Below are positions 9,501 to 17,512 of a stretch of 64,000 nt of DNA, one piece after another. Position 1 is the first letter of the stretch. Every line of letters begins with the position of its first letter. Source of the stretch: an uncultured Methylococcaceae bacterium. GTDB taxonomy: Bacteria > Pseudomonadota > Gammaproteobacteria > Methylococcales > Methylomonadaceae. The notes below the pieces were generated by a model. The model was given only the letters and a program-made list of their open reading frames with translations, made no database searches and was not told the origin of the DNA. Location of the stretch: assembly GCA_903839855.1 (NCBI GenBank), contig CAIMEB010000160.1, positions 164 through 64,163 on the forward strand, given 5' to 3'. The position numbers were made by a program, and so were the translations under genes.

Positions 9501-10161
9501 GGGTTGGTAAGGGTAAATAATGTCTACCGGGACCCTGTAGAACCAAATAAATACTCGCACCAATAATTGCACCAGCATAGGCAAATATGGCCTCACCATA
9601 TAGGTAAGCCCCCAAAAAACTTAAACAAATCAGTAAAAAAGAAAAGAAACGAACATAGATGCCAAATAATATGGTCAATCCCAACACGACTTCAGCCCAG
9701 CGTAACCAAGCCCAAGTGATGCCCAATTGAGTTAGATCAAGATCTGGAGCAAAGAAGGTGGGCTGAGTAAAGGGAGCAATTCCAAAACGTGGCTCGGCTC
9801 CTAAGGCGGATGATAATAAAATCCAACCGACACAAACACGCAAAATACGAGGTACATGATCGCCATAAGAAGATAAGCGTGCCTGTAAATCGGGAAATAA
9901 TTCTCTTGCACCGGTAAATCCTAACCACACCCAGCCGACGATAAATGTTACAAATACAGAAATCATTGCCATATTCAGTGGCGACCATTTTGCGAAGAGT
10001 TCGGGGTGCGGTAAAGAATTCCAATACGTAATCTGTACGGGTGTCAAAATCCAGCGCTCGTGAGCAACAGTTGACTCGGAAAATAATAGCAGTCCAGCGA
10101 CATTCAATATTAAAGCTAGAGTACCTAAAAAGCGACGAGATTTTAAAGTTAGGATCATCAT
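6541..10161 (-). CDS. 1206-aa multidomain membrane protein: signal peptide + DoxX-like membrane region (aa ~1-350), NDH-2-like flavoprotein fold (~359-760), cNMP-binding domain (~770-860), BLUF (882-976), degenerate class III nucleotidyl cyclase (~1028-1206)
   Basis: AHERW after a signal peptide and two DoxX-like repeats; IVIVGGG, LPEVIGG, YDSLILAL and RNLRIIIDW of NDH-2; GDYFGE..RRIETV of cNMP domains; MKRLTYVS..NN..TGVL..FFQVLEG..DPRH..WGM of BLUF; EGINPL..IEGNIGSSIKMDYTVLG resembling Beggiatoa bPAC. Confidence 0.88.
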   Translation of the reverse strand: MMILTLKSRRFLGTLALILNVAGLLLFSESTVAHERWILTPVQITYWNSLPHPELFAKWSPLNMAMISVFVTFIVGWVWLGFTGARELFPDLQARLSSYGDHVPRILRVCVGWILLSSALGAEPRFGIAPFTQPTFFAPDLDLTQLGITWAWLRWAEVVLGLTILFGIYVRFFSFLLICLSFLGAYLYGEAIFAYAGAIIGASIYLVLQGPGRHYLPLPTPAMFQPLQAWLAEQPRLRAQAIMRILTGTTLLYLGVFFKVMQPNLSIGIITQYHLPVLSVNPEAFTLVMALVEVSAGILMIAGVLLRPLSLFLISAFSIFALLLPETPTEHILFYGVVLSCLINSAGELKRPIARDKSAHIVIVGGGLSALQAAIKIEHLIGQYSNVKITLLHEQANFLFAPFLPEVIGGTVQPGNVVNPFRRIIQQTNVVVGHLDSVDERAKKVIAKRKNNDSVELPYDSLILALSPKANFASIPGMLAHACLVDSVADALRIRQRVLDLVEEAEFANDPAEQVRLLSFAIIGFGECASTIAVEVSQILRAAESSYSVLRSVGWQVHLFEEQDQCWSAFENKIKQRRARNLKKAGVIEHLNDEITGITQRDLFFANGENQSVGLVINASLKLPNIKFKYYGELSWPYAINDELRLLGFENIWITESKEPNNQPSFSFTDDLVTLGYTAGFNAWATSQGYKTRPIKTRTHFIQPYNMAEYSLCAFGAVIIGGKPAWFVSRLINLFSVPGLERNLRIIIDWFLVLAFRNDIAVLSQAPSAHLQRSHYKTGDNVFCSGDAAEMAYAVDSGRLKVMQEGRIIRELGPGDYFGEILPLHNNRRIETVRCLTDCELKIVSQEDLKALIKSGWLMSKAVRNLSNYRATETATTFSLGMKRLTYVSKLNAVLNEEEILEIGRISSINNKHRDVTGVLISVRDYFFQVLEGEESIVDELVEKISRDPRHHEITILSAETGCEERLFTEWGMKTVALSESNDLMLLAIGMMLQNIAHSYSMVGRYTQPVLLKYLMEGINPLTIPIKKTERIVVSGSMTDFSGLSKDFALEDVVKALNNFLEICSASFIEHGGQVAKYSGGCIVAHFLPAQVDIAIAACNDAYKKFKLVTEENPIYSVIRCGFGLTLDSMIEGNIGSSIKMDYTVLGHTVDQAVNLGALARDLHKPLAVSKSIQLSADSSWGFCSVGECSFNEPNESTQVYALTEL

Positions 10162-10330
10162 ATAGACAACTTCATAAAGAGGTGTAACATCATATTATTT
10201 TACAAAAAGTAAACAGATTGTTCACTTACCTTATCATAAAAAATGTAAATATAGAATTATTTGAAACTTAAAATAATGCTGACCTTATGATCAAGTGTTA
10301 AAAAAAACCATTAACAACAATAAATTGGAC

Positions 10331-11272
10331 TTACAACTGATTAATTAACTGTAATTCTTGAGGATACGGCGACATATAATAAGATTCATCAATGTACGTA
10401 TCCGGGGACTTACGAAAATGGTGTTTAAGCAGTGTCAATGGCACAATCAAGGGTATTTCACCACTACGATAACGTTCAATCAGTTCGCACAGTTCGGCTT
10501 TATCATCAGGCGTTAATTCTTTTTTTAAATAACCTTGAATATGTTGCAAGACATTGACGTGTTGACCACGATTTACAACTGATTTAAGCGTTGTCATTAA
10601 AAGCAGAATATATTGCTCAGCTATTTCCAGTAAATTATCTTTATTGATACGAGATAATAATTGCCCCATTTCACGGTAATCCGCATGGCTCATAATAATC
10701 AACTTGTGCCGAGCATGAAAATGGGTTAGTTTTTGAGGTGTTATTCCTTGTGCTACTAATTGTTTCCAGCGATGTAAGACGTAAACACGTTGAATAAAGT
10801 TTTCACGTAAGCCGGGGTCACCTAAACGACCTTCTTCTTCTACAGGCAGCAGTGGATTATTCTGCATCATAGTGTGAGCGTATACCCCAAAGCCTTCACG
10901 ATTAGGCTGGTGATTACCTGAATAAACTTTAACTCGCTCCATGCCGCAACTGGGCGAATCTTTCTTTAAGATATAACCACATAAATCAGCTTGAAACCCC
11001 TTCTGACTACTCGCATACTCTTTTAAACGGTCAGTCACATCGAATTCCGGATCTTTTACCCCGACACAACGAATCTCGTTATTTATTTTAACTAAATGAA
11101 TAGTCGGTCTAGGTATACCTAAGCCGATAGCCACTTCTGGGCAACAGGGACGAAAGTCAAAATAGTGAGATAAAGTACCGTTTATATAAGCATCCCGCTT
11201 GTGTGAACCATCAAAACGAACCAGCTCTCCCAATAAACAACTGCTAATGCCGATCGGAATCTTTTTTATCAT
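10331..11272 (-). CDS. DUF523/DUF1722 fusion (YbgA; TudS-like Fe-S desulfidase, RudS-type)
   Basis: GISSCLLG..VRFDG, CPEV and KKDSPSCG cysteine motifs; C-terminal FHARHKL..NVLQHIQGYLK..PYP DUF1722 region. Confidence 0.85.
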   Translation of the reverse strand: MIKKIPIGISSCLLGELVRFDGSHKRDAYINGTLSHYFDFRPCCPEVAIGLGIPRPTIHLVKINNEIRCVGVKDPEFDVTDRLKEYASSQKGFQADLCGYILKKDSPSCGMERVKVYSGNHQPNREGFGVYAHTMMQNNPLLPVEEEGRLGDPGLRENFIQRVYVLHRWKQLVAQGITPQKLTHFHARHKLIIMSHADYREMGQLLSRINKDNLLEIAEQYILLLMTTLKSVVNRGQHVNVLQHIQGYLKKELTPDDKAELCELIERYRSGEIPLIVPLTLLKHHFRKSPDTYIDESYYMSPYPQELQLINQL

Positions 11273-11295
11273 AATAGGTGAGTGAGTTTGGTTGG

Positions 11296-12018
11296 TTATT
11301 GCTCATCAACTTCTTCAATGACTAATTCATGTTGTATGGATTTTGACGGTGCGGTTGTCTTTTTAACTTCCAACGGTCTTTGAACAGTCTTCACCCGTAT
11401 TTTTCTAGTACTTGGAATCATCATTTTATGTAACTGCCGGTTTTTTATCCAGACGGCAATGCGGAAACCGAATAATAAAAAAATCAGTATTAAATAAAAT
11501 AAGGGTTCTGCCATATTACCTTTAAGTTGCCAGTAATAATGAATAATAGCGGCAATGGCTGCAAGATAGATAAATCGGTGAAGTTTTTTCCAATTCTTAC
11601 CCAGAAGCTTTTTACCAAATTTAGGCGAGGAAATAGCTAAGGCAAAAATGATCGAATAAGCTAGCACACCCAGCCAAATATAAGGACTTTCAAGGATATC
11701 AATCGCAATAAGGTGCCAGTCCAGACCATGATCAACCAAAATATAAACGAGTACATGTAGGCTTGCATAAAAAAAGGCTACCATACCTAACATTTGTCGA
11801 TAGTCTGCCATTTTACGCCATTTCGTAATGGTTTGAAGTGGTGTAATCGTTAGGGTTAGCCATAAAAAGCGCAACGACCAGTCTCCTAAGCGAATATGTA
11901 ATGTCTGGATAGGGTCGGCCCCTAAATTATTGTTTGCGATATCGAGTAATATCACAATTAGAGGTAAGAAACAGACTAAGGCTATGAATAACCAGCGATT
12001 TTTTGAAGATAAAAACAT
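11296..12018 (-). CDS. msrQ: Methionine-sulfoxide reductase heme-binding membrane subunit MsrQ
   Basis: LGADPI, GDWSL, LTITPL, YRQMLG..FFYASLH, WKKLHRFIY..IHYYW; 1-nt overlap with msrP. Confidence 0.92.
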   Translation of the reverse strand: MFLSSKNRWLFIALVCFLPLIVILLDIANNNLGADPIQTLHIRLGDWSLRFLWLTLTITPLQTITKWRKMADYRQMLGMVAFFYASLHVLVYILVDHGLDWHLIAIDILESPYIWLGVLAYSIIFALAISSPKFGKKLLGKNWKKLHRFIYLAAIAAIIHYYWQLKGNMAEPLFYLILIFLLFGFRIAVWIKNRQLHKMMIPSTRKIRVKTVQRPLEVKKTTAPSKSIQHELVIEEVDEQ

Positions 12019-12980
12019 TAGAAGAAATGCCGCAGATCCATATCGCTATACAGCGAGGCAACTTGGCTTCCATAGCCATTAAATAACTCAGTCTTTCTAC
12101 GGGGTGTAAAAAAACCACTGCCTAATTGGCGTTCACTGTTTTGGCTCCATCTAGGGTGGGGGACTTCAGGATTCACATTAGAATAGAAGCCGTAGTCATT
12201 TGGAGCGAATTTATTCCAGGTAGTCACAGGTGGTTTCTTTACTAACTCAATTTTTACAATGGCTTTAATGCTTTTAAAGCCATATTTCCAGGGTACGACT
12301 AAACGTAAAGGGGCACCATTTTGCTTAGGCATCCTTTCACCGTACATGCCAGCGGCTAAAATAGTTAAAGGGTGCATCGCTTCATCAATACGAAGGCCTT
12401 CAACATAAGGCCATTCCAACATGGCATTATCACGTTGATTGGGCATTGTTTTGGGATCGTAAATTGAGGTAAATTGAACAAATTGTGCGCTGGATAAAGG
12501 TTTTGCTATTTTTAATAAGTTCATTAACGGAAAACCAATCCAAGGGACTACCATAGACCATGCTTCAACACAGCGAAAACGGTAGATATATTCCTGTAGC
12601 GATTGCTGGCTTAAGATATCTTCTAAGTGATAAACAGCCGGCTTTTCTACTTCACCACTGATCTCTACTGACCAAGGATCGGTCGGCAATCTTTGTGCTA
12701 GTTGCGTTGCATCTGTTTTATTAAAAGTAAATTCATAATAGTTAGTATGATTTTTGACAATATCAGCAGGCGTCGCAATTAAGGATTCAGCTGGGACATT
12801 GGCTTTAGGAAGATCAGTCCATACAGACTTGGTTTCAGCTAAAGCAGAAGAAGCAGAAACGCCAGCGGCTCCAGCAGCGAGTGATCCCATCATGGCTTTA
12901 ATAATTTGACGTCTTTGTTTAAATATTAAAGGGTCGGTAATATCACTGCTGGGAATGTCTTTATGTGTTTTAATTATCAT
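12018..12980 (-). CDS. msrP: Methionine-sulfoxide reductase catalytic molybdoenzyme MsrP
   Basis: Twin-Arg leader (QRRQII), NYYEF, RFRCVEAWSM (Mo-ligand Cys), GAPLRLVVPWKYGFKSIK, YGFYSNVNP..HPRWSQ. Confidence 0.95.
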   Translation of the reverse strand: MIIKTHKDIPSSDITDPLIFKQRRQIIKAMMGSLAAGAAGVSASSALAETKSVWTDLPKANVPAESLIATPADIVKNHTNYYEFTFNKTDATQLAQRLPTDPWSVEISGEVEKPAVYHLEDILSQQSLQEYIYRFRCVEAWSMVVPWIGFPLMNLLKIAKPLSSAQFVQFTSIYDPKTMPNQRDNAMLEWPYVEGLRIDEAMHPLTILAAGMYGERMPKQNGAPLRLVVPWKYGFKSIKAIVKIELVKKPPVTTWNKFAPNDYGFYSNVNPEVPHPRWSQNSERQLGSGFFTPRRKTELFNGYGSQVASLYSDMDLRHFF

Positions 12981-13023
12981 GACTTGACCCTAAAGAAAGA
13001 AAATTTTTAAATCCAAGAATAGG

Positions 13024-13890
13024 CTATTGGTTTTTTTTGCCTTTTGGAATCCAGCCTAATAACTTTCTAACTTTCATTTCGGTAATAAAGGCCAAAGAAA
13101 AGAGTTGAATAAAGTTGTCGGCCTGAATTAAATCCAGACCAATGTGTTCAGGCACTAATTCTTTTCGCGTACCAAACACCCGATCCCAGATTGAAAATAC
13201 GATACCGTAATTACTGTCATGCTCAGAGCGCTTTTTGGAATGGTGGGTTCTATGTAAAGCCGGAGTAATAAATACCTGTGAAATTAACTCCTCTTTAGGA
13301 GCTTTAATATTGGCATGATGAAACAGGATAAAGAATAACTCGACAATCTCAATAGAAAGTACCATGTAGGCATTAACACCAATAATGACTACAAACACAC
13401 ACTTGTAGAGAATTTCCAGTAATAAATCGAAAACATGAAATCTAAAGCCAGTCGATACATTAAAGCCTTTGTCGCTATGGTGGACTTTGTGAAAGCGCCA
13501 TAGAAATTCAAATTTATGACTTGCAACATGCCAAAGGTAAATTGCAAAATCAAATAACGCAAAGGCCAAAATCCATTTAATAGGGCCATCTTCCAAACCA
13601 CTTAATAAGCCATGTGAGGCAAATTTCTGTGCGATAAGAAAGAGTGAAGACGCCCTTAAGACAGTTAATATGAGATTATTAACTAAAAAAGCCGTGGTAT
13701 TGGTTACAAACGACTCTTTAAAAACTTTTTGTGGAAAGTCCCTAAAGGGTTGACGTTTTTCAATAACGATTAGCACGATAAAGGCGAGGACAGCCAGGCC
13801 AAATAGCGCTTCATTAAAAAACATCCCATTGCTATTGCTTATAGTCTCTGTTGATTTCATAGATAAAAATTTGTGGTTAGTTATAAGCAA
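13024..13890 (-). CDS. Sterol desaturase / fatty-acid hydroxylase superfamily protein
   Basis: His boxes WHVASH, FHKVHH, HRTHH plus DSNYG..SIWDRVFGT. Confidence 0.88.
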   Translation of the reverse strand: MLITNHKFLSMKSTETISNSNGMFFNEALFGLAVLAFIVLIVIEKRQPFRDFPQKVFKESFVTNTTAFLVNNLILTVLRASSLFLIAQKFASHGLLSGLEDGPIKWILAFALFDFAIYLWHVASHKFEFLWRFHKVHHSDKGFNVSTGFRFHVFDLLLEILYKCVFVVIIGVNAYMVLSIEIVELFFILFHHANIKAPKEELISQVFITPALHRTHHSKKRSEHDSNYGIVFSIWDRVFGTRKELVPEHIGLDLIQADNFIQLFSLAFITEMKVRKLLGWIPKGKKNQ

Positions 13891-13902
13891 ATCGGACTGG
13901 GT

Positions 13903-14358
13903 TTACTCACCGCTGATAGCCGTTAATAATGCATTCAATTCTTTAATCTCGTTATTAGCGTCGACTTGTTTAGTGATATCATACTGCACGCCCAAATAAT
14001 AAATTACCCGGTGTTTGTTATCCAATAAGGGGGTTATTTTTAAATGGTTGTGAAATAATTCACCATCCTTCTTATAATTTCGTAGAGTGACTTCAACCGT
14101 TTCATGATTTTTCATGGCTTCTGCGATAATAAAACGTCCTGGTTGTTCTCTATCTTCGCCTTGTAAGAAACGGCAGTTAAAACCAATGATATCTTCTTGA
14201 GTATAACCGGTTAAACGTTCGAATGCCTTGTTTGCGTAAACAATGGGCGCATCTTCTAAATCAGGATCTGCTAGGGTAACGCCATTGACACATTCATCTA
14301 AAATAGCAGACAGCACTTGTGGTATGAGTGCGTTATCTTTTTTAACAATAAAAGACAT
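13903..14358 (-). CDS. Short (effector-less) LOV blue-light photoreceptor
   Basis: PIVYANKAF..TGY..GFNCRFLQG with the photoactive Cys, RNYKKDG, and GVQ (conserved Gln); only a short helix follows. Confidence 0.92.
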   Translation of the reverse strand: MSFIVKKDNALIPQVLSAILDECVNGVTLADPDLEDAPIVYANKAFERLTGYTQEDIIGFNCRFLQGEDREQPGRFIIAEAMKNHETVEVTLRNYKKDGELFHNHLKITPLLDNKHRVIYYLGVQYDITKQVDANNEIKELNALLTAISGE

Positions 14359-14403
14359 TTATTAAACTCCAAATCTTTAGTAATGATCAATCGATTGGAT
14401 TGA

Positions 14404-14886
14404 TCAGTTTGCATAGGCGAGCATTAAGCTCTTAATATTTTCAACCGTGTTTTCAGCACCTTCTTCTATCGAAGCGCGAATCAATTTTTGAAACGGCCTC
14501 ATGAAAACCTCAATTTCTGATAATTCAAATCGAAACGTCAGGCGAGTAGATTGTTTCTCTTTATCTCCTTCCAGAAGATAACTGTGTACATAAGGTTCAT
14601 TCAAACCCTTAAACCTGAGCTTTTCTACCGGTTGATAATCAGTTATTTCGAATACAGATTCAACTAATGAACCCTGATCCTCTCGAACTTGTTTGGTCTT
14701 GGCTCCAATGAAAGGTTGTTCACCGTCTAATGGTTCTAGTTCAACCACTTCGGGAGCCCATTTAGGGTAGTTATCGTAAAAACGTTCACCGATAAAACAA
14801 AAAACATTTTCAATTGATTGCTCAATATTAACGCTCGCTTCACCGGTAATCGGTTTTGATGAATCAAATGGAAATTTTATTTGCAC
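14404..14886 (-). CDS. SRPBCC (START/polyketide-cyclase-like) family protein
   Basis: IEQSIENVF.F...NYPKW.PEV pattern, beta-rich core and C-terminal helix; GTG start with an AGGAG RBS. Confidence 0.7.
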   Translation of the reverse strand: MQIKFPFDSSKPITGEASVNIEQSIENVFCFIGERFYDNYPKWAPEVVELEPLDGEQPFIGAKTKQVREDQGSLVESVFEITDYQPVEKLRFKGLNEPYVHSYLLEGDKEKQSTRLTFRFELSEIEVFMRPFQKLIRASIEEGAENTVENIKSLMLAYAN

Positions 14887-15123
14887 TTTAATACCACTCC
14901 TTGTTGAGGGCGATTACTCAACTTAATTCTTTTAATGTGTTGTCTCAATGAGTAATCGTTCAACTGGTCTATTTTTTAGAGAGACATAAACTTGAATACC
15001 GTGTTTAATTTACACTGACTTGGTTAAATTGCAAATTTAATTAAGTGACGGTACTTAGATTTGACTCTTTTAGAATTCGTGGAAAAATTAACAGCATGTT
15101 TTTTGCACTTTTAAGAGCCAAGT

Positions 15124-15567
15124 TTGTCTATGACCTTTAAAATTCTTTTTTATATTATTTTTATGACCTTGAGTGGCGCCAATCAAGCTGATTCAGGCTC
15201 AAAAAAACTCTTACCACCGTGTCGTGATACACCTAACTGTGTTTCAAGCCAAACTCAAGATCCAAAACAGTTTGTTGCGCCTTTTAAAATCAAAGGTAAT
15301 ACAACGGAGGCTTGGCAGGCGTTAAAAGACACTCTAAATCAACATAGCCGTATGACGATTACTCACGAAACACCTACTAATATTCATGCGGAAGCGACCA
15401 GTTTAGTTCTTCATTTTGTTGATGATATTGATTTTATTCTCGATGCCGAAAATAAGACCATTCATATTCGCTCGTCCTCCCGTGTGGGTCATAGTGAATT
15501 TGGTGTTAATCATAAACGGATTGAAGCACTTCGTTTGCAATTACAAAAAGCTCAGTTAATCAGTTAA
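15124..15567 (+). CDS. DUF1499 family exported protein
   Basis: LPPC..TPNCVSSQ, FVDD..F, IHIRSSSRVGHSEFGVNHKRIE. Confidence 0.85.
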   Translation: MSMTFKILFYIIFMTLSGANQADSGSKKLLPPCRDTPNCVSSQTQDPKQFVAPFKIKGNTTEAWQALKDTLNQHSRMTITHETPTNIHAEATSLVLHFVDDIDFILDAENKTIHIRSSSRVGHSEFGVNHKRIEALRLQLQKAQLIS

Positions 15568-15590
15568 TCATTCGATCAATACAAAACGTA

Positions 15591-16958
15591 ATGTTTCACT
15601 ATACAAACTCGGTATTTATTTTTCGTCGTGATCTACGTTTACAGGATAATACCGGACTTAATGAAGCGTTGAGACTTTCTAAACAGGTGTTACCGTGTTT
15701 TATATTTGACCCAAGGCAAATTGAGCCTCATCCCTATCAAAGTAAGTCGGCTTTGCAGTTTATGTTGCAGTGTCTTACAGACCTTCAACAGCAATTAAAA
15801 GCACTGGGGGCAGAACTGGGACTTTATCAGGCGCTTCCGTTGCAAGTCATTAGTCAATTGGTACGACAGCAGGCCATACAGGCAGTGTTTATCAATCGTG
15901 ATTACACACCCTTTAGCCGACAACGCGATGATGAGTTAGCGACGCTTTGTAAAGAGTTGGGTATCAGCTTATACATTTTAAATGATAGTTTGCTGACTGA
16001 GCCTGAGCAGGCGCTTAAAAATGATCAAACACCGTATAAGGTGTTTACAGCTTTTTATAAAAATGCTCGCCAATTTCCGATTCCATTGCCTCACGTTTTG
16101 TATAGCCAATCGTTTTTGCTTCCTCAAACGAGTTCAAACATTAAAGACCTTGGTTTATCGTTAACAGAGATAAAGGCTAATGTTTTGCAGGGTGGGCGAA
16201 ATCAAGCCTTGGCAATGCTTGCAACACTCAGTCATCAAGCAGATTATCAGAACATGCGTGACTATCCGGCGCTGGATAGTACCAGCAAGTTGTCGGCTCA
16301 TCTTAAGTTTGGTACCTGTTCCGTGCGCGAAGCTTACTATGCGATTGTTGAGGTGTTGGGTAGTGAACATCCTTTATTACGTCAACTCTATTGGCGAGAC
16401 TTTTTTACCCACATTGCGTATCATTTTCCTCAGGTGTTCGGTCGCGCTTTTATCGATAAGTTTGCCAATTTACCTTGGGATAATAATCGTGTGTATTTTC
16501 AGGCTTGGGCAGAAGGTAAAACGGGGTTTCCTATTGTGGACGCCGGTATGAGAGAACTCAATGAAACCGGGTTTATGCATAATCGGGTCAGAATGATTGC
16601 GGCTTCATTTCTGGTTAAAGATCTACATGTCAGTTGGCGTTGGGGGGAACGTTATTTTGCCCAACATTTGATAGATTATGATCCTTGCGTGAATAATGGA
16701 AACTGGCAGTGGGCTGCGTCAACCGGTTGTGATGCACAACCTTATTTCAGAATCTTTAATCCCTGGTTACAACAACAAAAGTTTGATGCGGATTGCAAGT
16801 ATATTTATCATTGGCTACCCGAACTTAAAGGCTTTTCTACAAAGACCATTCATCAATGGTATAAAAAACATCAACCTTGTAATTATCCAACACCGATTAT
16901 TGATCATGCTTATGAAAGCCAGCTAAGTAAGGCAAGGTACAAAGCCTCAACGGATTAA
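15591..16958 (+). CDS. phr: Deoxyribodipyrimidine (CPD) photolyase
   Basis: FRRDLRLQDN, TSKLSAHLKFG, QLYWRDF, GKTGFPIVDAGMREL..TGFMHNRVRM, DYD..NNGNWQW, YFRIFNP; Trp-triad positions present. Confidence 0.93.
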   Translation: MFHYTNSVFIFRRDLRLQDNTGLNEALRLSKQVLPCFIFDPRQIEPHPYQSKSALQFMLQCLTDLQQQLKALGAELGLYQALPLQVISQLVRQQAIQAVFINRDYTPFSRQRDDELATLCKELGISLYILNDSLLTEPEQALKNDQTPYKVFTAFYKNARQFPIPLPHVLYSQSFLLPQTSSNIKDLGLSLTEIKANVLQGGRNQALAMLATLSHQADYQNMRDYPALDSTSKLSAHLKFGTCSVREAYYAIVEVLGSEHPLLRQLYWRDFFTHIAYHFPQVFGRAFIDKFANLPWDNNRVYFQAWAEGKTGFPIVDAGMRELNETGFMHNRVRMIAASFLVKDLHVSWRWGERYFAQHLIDYDPCVNNGNWQWAASTGCDAQPYFRIFNPWLQQQKFDADCKYIYHWLPELKGFSTKTIHQWYKKHQPCNYPTPIIDHAYESQLSKARYKASTD

Positions 16959-17028
16959 GTATTGTTAAATTTATAGGTGTTAATTTAATTCGCGGATTCA
17001 ATCCTATTTATCTCATATAAACACAAAA

Positions 17029-17059
17029 CCCAGTAAATCAATGGATTAATTTTACTGGG
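17029..17059. terminator. Hairpin between convergent phr and the TIGR02647 gene
   Basis: cccagtaaa (17029-17037) pairs with tttactggg (17051-17059); A-rich on the left flank. Confidence 0.45.
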
Positions 17060-17109
17060 CTGCAACTTTGGCTTACTTTTTAAAGAAAAGGTGCTTCCAG
17101 GTTATTATT

Positions 17110-17346
17110 TTAAGCCGGATTGAGTAGGTTTAATACTGTTTGTGCCTGCTCTGCCGCTTCGTGTCCCAGGCTGGTTAAATAACCACCATCTTCTTGTGTT
17201 AACAGTCCCTTATTGTATAAACGCTTAGTTGCTGCGATGGCTTCCGGGGCTGCCGTTTTATGTACTTTAATACCTTCCTGGGTAGTGCTGAGGTTATAGC
17301 GAACCAGGATATTTATTTCATCTACAAGATCTTTAGTATAGGGCAT
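17110..17346 (-). CDS. TIGR02647-family small putative DNA-binding protein
   Basis: TTQEGIKVH..A..RLYNKGL.TQ.DGGYLT.LG pattern recalled for this family. Confidence 0.75.
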   Translation of the reverse strand: MPYTKDLVDEINILVRYNLSTTQEGIKVHKTAAPEAIAATKRLYNKGLLTQEDGGYLTSLGHEAAEQAQTVLNLLNPA

Positions 17347-17512
17347 AATGAGAGTCCTTATAATGTGTCATTTTAATCCGCTATCATAATGCTATTTCAG
17401 TACAATGCGTATCTTTTTCTCGAACCGTTTGCAATCATTAGCGATAAGGTACTGACAAAAAAGAAAGTACTTTTTAAGCAGGCACTCTTAAGATTGAATG
17501 CTGGGTCTAATG

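Noticed and set aside
10132-10146. SRRFL at the fusion protein's N-terminus as a Tat signal
   Set aside because: It does not fit S/T-R-R-x-F-L-K spacing, and a multi-pass protein with cytoplasmic sensor domains is better explained by a Sec-type signal.
15591-16958. Possible cryptochrome or (6-4) photolyase acting as another sensor
   Set aside because: Motifs (WRDF, HNRVRM, NNGNWQW, YFRIFNP) fit an ordinary CPD photolyase, with no Fe-S cysteine set or C-terminal extension; subclass needs a phylogeny.
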